Below, piece by piece: positions 57,906 through 64,000 of a stretch of 64,000 nucleotides of DNA (its first letter is position 1; the number at the start of each line of letters is the position of its first letter). The stretch is from contig JAHZIB010000004.1 in the NCBI GenBank assembly GCA_019419955.1, forward strand, positions 21,089 to 85,088, given 5' to 3'. This stretch comes from Clostridiales bacterium (lineage in GTDB: Bacteria; Bacillota; Clostridia; TANB77; CAG-508). The notes below the pieces were generated by a model. That model worked only from the letters and a program-made list of their open reading frames with translations. It had not been told where the DNA came from and did no database searches. The translations under genes and the position numbers were made by a program.

Positions 57906-58191
57906 AACTGTAAAATAAAATTGGGAGTAATATTACATAAATTTGTAAGAAACTTCCAGTTTTATTTCGCTACGTATATAAAATGTTAATAAATAGAGAT
58001 AGAACTACAGTAAAGTTGTTCTTAGATGATGATGTAGTCACTTGACCCAATTTTTTTCATAAATATAATGCACAAAACCATTATTTTGTAACAAAAATGT
58101 AATAATTATTTAGTAAAAATGAAGTATTAGTAATAAATATCAGAAACATTAAATAGTATTAAATAACATTATTATTTTAAGGAGTATGAAT

Positions 58192-59844
58192 ATGATAACT
58201 ATTAATAGTACAACAGTTGCAGTAGAATCTGCAGCTGAACTCAAAAGTGTATTAGAAGCAAATAATGCTATCACTCTAATTTATCTAGCGAAAGATATTA
58301 CACTTACTAATGGAATAGATATTTTAGGTAGCAAGCAAAATATTACAATAGATGGGTTATATCCAACAGATGGAACAGGAAGCATACATACTTATACAGA
58401 TATGAATAGTACTAGCACAGCAGATGTTATAGGAATTAGAACCCCAAGTAGCATAAATATTACTTTACAAAACATGAATGTAGTAGGAAGGAATTACTAT
58501 GGAATAATATATGTTTCAGAAGGTACTATGCACCAAAATGTTGTTGTAGCTTACAGTAATATAACTTATACAGGACCGCAAATTACGTTTCATCCAAGTG
58601 GATTATCAATTTATAAAGATTTAAACATAAAAATTGTAGCATCACCAGTTGCTGTTGCCAACGAGATTGCAGAAACATTTCAATTACAAATAGGTGGTAA
58701 CACAACAATTGTACATAATTCTACTGTAGATTCAGCTTTTTGGTTTAGAGGTTATACGAACAATCCATACTTAGAAATATTAGAAGGAGCAAATTTAACA
58801 ATTACTACATCAAAAGACTTAATATATACATCTAATCCAGTAAAGATAATAATTGATAAAAATGCAACCTTTACTCTTAATACAAATTATGGGGTTTTCC
58901 GTGATAGCTCGCATCAAGCATCAAGTATACTTGTAGATGAAAATAGTAGTTTTTCAATTACACAAAATAATACTAATGGTGGGTATGCTACAATATTCTG
59001 TAGGGGAACATTTAATATTAATAAAAATGCAAGCTTATATATACAAGCCAATTTTGTAAACAATGCGCCATTAATTAGACTAAATACTTCAAATTCAAGC
59101 TTTAATGTAACTGACCCAAAAAGTGTTATACTTTATAATAGAAACCAACCATGCTTTTCTTTTGAAAGTACGTCTGCATTTAGCATTTCTTGTGGTAAAT
59201 TAGATTATTGGTTGATATCACCAACATTAACTACAACTAAACTTTTAACTAATAATCCATTATATACTTGGTACAAAAGTCCACAAGAGAATATTTTACT
59301 TACAGCAACTGCAACATCAGCTAGAACTACGGTTGCAAGTTCAAATTTAACGACAGCAGAAAGTGCATTGTTGCCGAATTTAACACTTTTACAACTCCAA
59401 ACAGCAAATACTTTAAGATTTGTATATATAGGGAGTATTGACATGGGACCAGTACCATCAGTTATAGAATTTCAAAGACCAATAGTAAATACAAACCCAG
59501 TCATTTTAGGAAGAAAAGATAAAACTATAACGATTACAGTACAGGATACAAGAGCATTTAGCAAAAATTGGAACTTGTACGCCTATATAAATTCAGACCT
59601 TATAACGCAAGATGGAAAACATTCGCTACCAGATTCATTAATTTTTGTAGATAATAACCAACAAATAAAAGCATTAAGTAAAACGCCAACACTAATATAT
59701 GCAGGAACTTCAAATAATGGGAATCCGAAAACAACTACTATAACATGGAGTGAAAATACAGGAATATTATTTAAAATAAATAAGCCATTATATAATGGTG
59801 AAACATATTCTACAACAATTAATTGGAATTTAACAGATGCATAA
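58192..59844 (+). CDS. Parallel beta-helix (pectate-lyase-like) repeat protein, no obvious signal peptide
   Basis: It is N/T/S-rich and repetitive (ITLTNGIDILG, NITIDG, NITLQNMNVVG and similar). I chose the second ATG (58192) because AAGGAG lies 7 nt upstream. Confidence 0.55.
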   Translation: MITINSTTVAVESAAELKSVLEANNAITLIYLAKDITLTNGIDILGSKQNITIDGLYPTDGTGSIHTYTDMNSTSTADVIGIRTPSSINITLQNMNVVGRNYYGIIYVSEGTMHQNVVVAYSNITYTGPQITFHPSGLSIYKDLNIKIVASPVAVANEIAETFQLQIGGNTTIVHNSTVDSAFWFRGYTNNPYLEILEGANLTITTSKDLIYTSNPVKIIIDKNATFTLNTNYGVFRDSSHQASSILVDENSSFSITQNNTNGGYATIFCRGTFNINKNASLYIQANFVNNAPLIRLNTSNSSFNVTDPKSVILYNRNQPCFSFESTSAFSISCGKLDYWLISPTLTTTKLLTNNPLYTWYKSPQENILLTATATSARTTVASSNLTTAESALLPNLTLLQLQTANTLRFVYIGSIDMGPVPSVIEFQRPIVNTNPVILGRKDKTITITVQDTRAFSKNWNLYAYINSDLITQDGKHSLPDSLIFVDNNQQIKALSKTPTLIYAGTSNNGNPKTTTITWSENTGILFKINKPLYNGETYSTTINWNLTDA

Positions 59845-59969
59845 GTAAAATATACTAAAAATTGACATTATTAATATCTGATGTCAATTTTTTAGTATTC
59901 ATATTTATAGTATGACAGAATTAATCAATGTGTATTAACAAGCACATCCATACATCTGCTTAAAAAATT

Positions 59970-60257
59970 CTATAAAATAAAATTAAATTTACACTTTTGA
60001 TTACAATCTTTATAAAAAATTACAGCTTTGACTTTATAAATAGTACAACCAACTTTAGTACATTCTTTAATTTTTATTTTGCATTTTTTTTCTGCATCTT
60101 CTGAATAAAGAGAGAATACATCTTTACATTTCTTCTTTGATCTCTTATTATATACAATTACCTTATTACTTTTATAAATAGTTCCATCTGCATTAATAGA
60201 AGCGATATTTTCTAGTTCTTTCCAGTTATTCTTATACTTGCTGCACTTGAAAGGTAA
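59970..60257 (-). other. 95-codon open frame with no ATG/GTG/TTG, Cys/Lys-rich, in the +1 frame relative to the end of the DUF11-like gene
   Basis: My translation reads LPFKCSKYKNNWKELENIASINADGTIYKSNKVIVYNKRSKKKCKDVFSLYSEDAEKKCKIKIKECTKVGCTIYKVKAVIFYKDCNQKCKFNFIL. It is invisible to the ORF track. Confidence 0.3.
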
Positions 60258-60615
60258 TTACGGTAGTCTTTCCTACTTCTATAGTCTCTAAATTTATAGT
60301 TAATATACCAGTAGAAGCTACATAATTGTATTCAGCTGTAGCATTATCTACTTTTACAGAATTATCAACTAATTTTATTATTGTAGGGTCTAAAGTATCG
60401 GTTATTATTGGGTTTTCTAATGGACTTACTGCATTATTGACAATCGTAATGGTATATGTTAAGTCTCCAGTTACCCAGTTTTGTTTGTCAGCTACTTTAG
60501 TTATAGTTAAACCTTTTATTATTTCTGTAACAACTGCTTGAGAAGTGACAGTTGTAGGTATAGAAGCGTATGTTCCAGTTACTTCAGCAATATTACTTAA
60601 GGTTACGTCTGCCAT
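60232..60615 (-). CDS. Small DUF11-like (conserved repeat domain) beta-sandwich protein
   Basis: I set the start at MADVTLS (ATG 60615, GGAGGTGG SD). The pattern LTITKVADKQNWVTGDLTYTITIVNN...PIITDTLDP resembles DUF11 repeats. The longer track ORF crosses a terminator. Confidence 0.6.
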   Translation of the reverse strand: MADVTLSNIAEVTGTYASIPTTVTSQAVVTEIIKGLTITKVADKQNWVTGDLTYTITIVNNAVSPLENPIITDTLDPTIIKLVDNSVKVDNATAEYNYVASTGILTINLETIEVGKTTVITFQVQQV

Positions 60616-60745
60616 AATTTTACCACCTCCTTTTTCTATATTATATGTTTTTATAAAAAATAAGTGAAACCATGATGTAAAGAGTAATATAGAATAACTG
60701 ATAAGCAAATAGTTTGATGATTTCATTAGTAATTGAACGCAAATC

Positions 60746-60777
60746 AAAACCCTAGAGTATAAGTCTAGGGTTTTTTT
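60746..60777. terminator. Bidirectional terminator
   Basis: AAAACCCTAGA gtataag TCTAGGGTTTTTTT. Confidence 0.75.
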
Positions 60778-60829
60778 CAATAATAAACTTAAATATTATT
60801 GAAAACACATTCATGTTTTGCATAATATT

Positions 60830-61363
60830 TTAATAATTTTCAGAATTTACTTCAAAGTAACTTTGTGAATGTTTACAAACAGGACAAATTGTAGGAGCTT
60901 CTATTCCAACATGAATATGTCCACAATTTCTACATTTCCAAACGACAATGCTTCCTTTTTTGAAAACCTCTCCATTTTCAACGTTATCTAACAATTTTTT
61001 ATATCTTTCTTCATGGTGTTTTTCAACTTCAGCAATTCCCCTAAAAGTTGCAGCTATCTCCATAAAGCCTTCTTCTTCGGCTTCTTTTGCAAATTTTGGA
61101 TACATATCTGACCATTCATAGTTCTCACCAGCTGCTGCATCAGCTAAATTTGATTTTGTATCCCCAATTCCTTGTAAATATTTAAAGTGTAATTTAGCAT
61201 GTTCTTTCTCATTTTCAGCAGTCTCCATAAAAATGGCAGCTATCTGTTCATACCCTTCTTTTTTTGCGACACTTGCAAAATATGTATATTTGTTTCTTGC
61301 TTCTGATTCTCCAGAAAAAGCAGCTCTTAAATTAGCTTCTGTTTTTGAACCTTTTAATTCCAT
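60830..61363 (-). CDS. rbr: Rubrerythrin
   Basis: The ferritin-like diiron motifs are GESEARNKY and EKEHAKLH. The C-terminal rubredoxin-like part reads CRNCGH...CPVCKH. Confidence 0.9.
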   Translation of the reverse strand: MELKGSKTEANLRAAFSGESEARNKYTYFASVAKKEGYEQIAAIFMETAENEKEHAKLHFKYLQGIGDTKSNLADAAAGENYEWSDMYPKFAKEAEEEGFMEIAATFRGIAEVEKHHEERYKKLLDNVENGEVFKKGSIVVWKCRNCGHIHVGIEAPTICPVCKHSQSYFEVNSENY

Positions 61364-61488
61364 AATTATTACCTCCTAAATTTTAATTCGTTAATATAAT
61401 ATAATAATAACAATAAAAAGTCAAGGTGTAACCATTGCCATATTATGTAACATATAATGTAATATCATAGGAAGGAATGGTAGTAAAT

Positions 61489-63636
61489 ATGGAGAATTCA
61501 GCGAATTTAACAAAAGGAAATAATTTTAATGAGAATAAAAGTTTTAAATCAAAAAAACATGATTATACAATAGCTATTGCTGGTAATCCTAATGTTGGAA
61601 AGTCGACGATTTTTAATGCATTGACTGGAATGCATCAGCATACGGGAAACTGGACAGGTAAAACTGTAGCAAATGCAACAGGAACATGTAAATTTAATAG
61701 GCATAATTTTTTGTTAGTGGATATACCTGGTACATATTCAATAATGTCTAATTCCGAAGAAGAAGAAATTGCTAGAAATTATATTTGCTTTGGCAATCCA
61801 GACCTTACTGTTATTATAGTTGATGGTACAGCACTGCAAAGAAGCTTAAATCTGGTATACCAAATTATGGAGATTACAGATAAGATAATTGTATGTGTAA
61901 ATCTATTAGATGAAGCAAAGAAAAAGGGAATAAATATAAATTTTAATGAATTAGAGAGCCGATTAGGTGTACCAGTTGTAGGTGTAATAGCAAGAAAAAA
62001 GAAAACATTGACTAAGCTAATGCAAAAAGTTCAGAAAGTATGTAGTGGAGAAATTAAACCAAAACCTAAGAGAATTGTGTATCTTCCATATATTGAAAGA
62101 TGTATAGAACTACTAAATAATAAGATTACAAGAATTCTTACAGAAGATAATAAAAAAATGGCAAGATGGGTTTCAGTTAAACTTATCGATGGGGATGAAA
62201 AAATATTAAGAACTATAGAAAACAATTTAAAAATTAAACTTATAGATAATAATAATTTACAAAAGGAAAAAAAAGATATTGAAGATATTATTAGCAACAA
62301 TGGAGTGGAAAGAGATGAAATAAAAGATAAGTTGATTTCTAGTATAATTTTTATGTCTGAGAATGTTGCAAAAGATGTTATTATTAAAGAAAATACGGAA
62401 AATTTAAAGGAAAGAAAAATAGATAAAATACTTACTTCAAAAATATGGGGAATTCCAATTATGCTCGGATTTTTGGGTTTAATTTTCTGGCTTACCATAT
62501 CTGGAGCAAACTATATTTCGGATTGGTTGTCATCTTTGTTTGGATGGTTGCAAGAAAAGTTGGTAAATCTAGTAGAAATTTTTTCTATGCCAGATTGGTT
62601 GAAAGGGGCATTAATTGATGGAGTATATAAGACTTTGACTTGGATAATAGCTGTTATGCTACCGCCGATGGCGATATTTTTTCCTTTATTTACTTTATTA
62701 GAAGATTTAGGATTTTTACCACGTATAGCTTTTAATTTAGATAAATTTTTTAAAAAATCTGGAAGCTCGGGGAAACAGGCATTGACAATGTGTATGGGTT
62801 TTGGATGCAATAGTGCGGGAGTTACAGGTTGCAGAATAATTGACTCTCCAAGAGAAAAATTAATTGCAATTTTAACAAATGCATTTGTTCCCTGTAATGG
62901 TAGATTCCCATTTTTGATAATAGTAGCTACAATTTTTTTTGGAGGAATATTTGCTGGAGAAAATGTGAGCATAGTATCTACAATAGCGGTTCTTGCAGTA
63001 ATTATACTTGGAATATTTATGACAATATTTATCTCAAAAATACTTTCTAAAACAATATTAAAAGGCAAAAATAGCTCATTTATATTAGAATTACCACCAT
63101 ATAGAAAGCCACAAATTGGGCAAGTAATAGTAAGGTCAATTTTTGATAGAACTTTGTTTGTATTAGGAAGAGCTATTATAATTGCAGCACCTGCGGGGCT
63201 TGTGATATGGCTATTTGCAAATATAAATATGGGAGACATGAGCATATTATCGCACATTGCAAATTTTCTTGACCCATTTGCAAATATAATGGGGTTAGAT
63301 GGATATATATTGACAGCATTTATATTAGGAATACCTGCAAATGAAATAGTATTACCAATAATTTTGATGTGCTATATTGGAAGTGGAACATTGGTAGATT
63401 TAGAAGAAACTAGCACAATAGGTCAAATTCTGATACAAAACGGATGGACACTTCTTACAGCAATTAATGTAATGATATTTACATTACTTCACTTTCCATG
63501 TACGACGACATTACTGACTATAAAAAAAGAAACTGGAAGTTGGAAATGGAGTGGATTAGCATTTTTGCTACCAACAGTTTGTGGTGTAGTAATCTGTTTA
63601 ATTACTACAGGAATATGGAATTTAGTAACTTTATAA
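61489..63636 (+). CDS. feoB: Ferrous iron transporter FeoB
   Basis: The G-domain contains IAIAGNPNVGKST, DIPG and NLLD. A polytopic C-terminal domain follows. The start is 61477 or 61489. Confidence 0.9.
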   Translation: MENSANLTKGNNFNENKSFKSKKHDYTIAIAGNPNVGKSTIFNALTGMHQHTGNWTGKTVANATGTCKFNRHNFLLVDIPGTYSIMSNSEEEEIARNYICFGNPDLTVIIVDGTALQRSLNLVYQIMEITDKIIVCVNLLDEAKKKGININFNELESRLGVPVVGVIARKKKTLTKLMQKVQKVCSGEIKPKPKRIVYLPYIERCIELLNNKITRILTEDNKKMARWVSVKLIDGDEKILRTIENNLKIKLIDNNNLQKEKKDIEDIISNNGVERDEIKDKLISSIIFMSENVAKDVIIKENTENLKERKIDKILTSKIWGIPIMLGFLGLIFWLTISGANYISDWLSSLFGWLQEKLVNLVEIFSMPDWLKGALIDGVYKTLTWIIAVMLPPMAIFFPLFTLLEDLGFLPRIAFNLDKFFKKSGSSGKQALTMCMGFGCNSAGVTGCRIIDSPREKLIAILTNAFVPCNGRFPFLIIVATIFFGGIFAGENVSIVSTIAVLAVIILGIFMTIFISKILSKTILKGKNSSFILELPPYRKPQIGQVIVRSIFDRTLFVLGRAIIIAAPAGLVIWLFANINMGDMSILSHIANFLDPFANIMGLDGYILTAFILGIPANEIVLPIILMCYIGSGTLVDLEETSTIGQILIQNGWTLLTAINVMIFTLLHFPCTTTLLTIKKETGSWKWSGLAFLLPTVCGVVICLITTGIWNLVTL

Positions 63637-63691
63637 AAATGTATTTAATAAAGTTAGAAATGTATATAAAAAATAATATGAAAGGAATTAA

Positions 63692-63864
63692 GATAGTGTG
63701 AAAAAACAAGTTTTTCACACTAACTGGCTACAATCGCTATCGCCCTCAAAATTCTAACGAATTTTGAGATGGCTAATTTTAACCTCTATCATTCTCGCCA
63801 ATTAATAGAGGTTATTCAATAAATATTTGTTAGAGCTAAATTAGCTCGAATGGAGGTTAAAATG
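63692..63864 (+). repeat. Family A multi-hairpin leader cassette, copy 2 (ends in the SD plus ATG of feoA)
   Basis: See 34591-34767. The hairpins are AGTGTGAAAAA/TTTTTCACACT, CTCAAAATTC/GAATTTTGAG, AACCTCTAT/ATAGAGGTT and TAGAGCTAA/TTAGCTCGA. Confidence 0.8.
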
Positions 63865-64000
63865 GAAAGAATAATCCCTTTAACTGAACTAGGCATGAAT
63901 ATTACCGGAATTATACGAGAAATTAATTGTGATACTAGCGTAAAAAGAAGATTGCTAGACTTAGGATTGATTGCAAACACAGAAATCACCCCTATATTTA
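63862..64000 (+). CDS. feoA: FeoA-like protein (partial, runs off the window)
   Basis: MERIIPLTELGMNITGIIREINCDTSVKRRLLDLGLIANTEITPIF is an FeoA SH3-like pattern. Confidence 0.7.
   Translation, partial: MERIIPLTELGMNITGIIREINCDTSVKRRLLDLGLIANTEITPIF

Noticed and set aside
62031-63257. Long antisense ORFs inside feoB (62031-62498, 62511-63257). Similar shadow ORFs occur inside the TauE genes (29593-29955, 30000-30287), mscS, the adhesin and sortase genes, yigZ, spo0A and others.
   Set aside because: These are typical shadow frames opposite membrane-protein or low-GC coding regions. They have no SD, they are fully embedded in well-supported genes, and their composition is low-complexity.

Overview
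This is an AT-rich (about 27-30% GC by eye) chromosomal segment from a spore-forming anaerobic Firmicute. Clostridia-like markers are Spo0A, a SpoVB/MurJ-like flippase, rubredoxin, rubrerythrin and FeoB/FeoA. About two thirds of the window is ordinary core genome: hup, glmS, a NifS-like desulfurase, murI, scpB, proS, trmB, an MscS channel, an OmpR/HK pair, an ABC exporter, a sortase/adhesin pair, a CorC-type transporter and yigZ.

The unusual part is a composite mobile-DNA island of about 19 kb (roughly 5.1-24.6 kb) stacked onto the 3' end of a tRNA-Leu(UAA) gene. It has three layers:
- An integrative mobilizable element of about 8.1 kb, bounded by a perfect 57-bp tRNA-derived direct repeat. 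It carries a tyrosine integrase, an excisionase, RepA_N, a MobV relaxase with an oriT-like hairpin, and paired arm-type repeats. Its cargo is unexplained: a translationally coupled radical-SAM/SPASM enzyme plus a small secreted membrane protein, a YhcG-type PD-(D/E)XK nuclease, and a Zn-ribbon protein.
- A Tn4451-like module (large serine recombinase, TnpV, Mob/Pre). Instead of a resistance gene it carries a nuclease built from multiple zinc ribbons, a PD-(D/E)XK core and NUMOD-like repeats, plus a type I toxin-antitoxin-like locus with convergent consensus promoters.
- Decayed remnants (ISAs1 pseudogene, RepA_N pseudogene, recombinase stub) and a transglutaminase-like gene pair.

Outside the island I see:
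- Two families of structured intergenic repeats. One is a nested giant palindrome. The other is a multi-hairpin cassette that supplies the SD and ATG to unrelated genes.
- Tandem Spo0A boxes upstream of the sortase operon.
- An adhesin that has lost both its thioester Gln and the tail of its sorting signal.
- A start-less Cys-rich ORF.
- A TraG/VirD4-like coupling-protein gene running off the left edge.

All functional calls come from my own reading of motifs in the translations. No database search was run.
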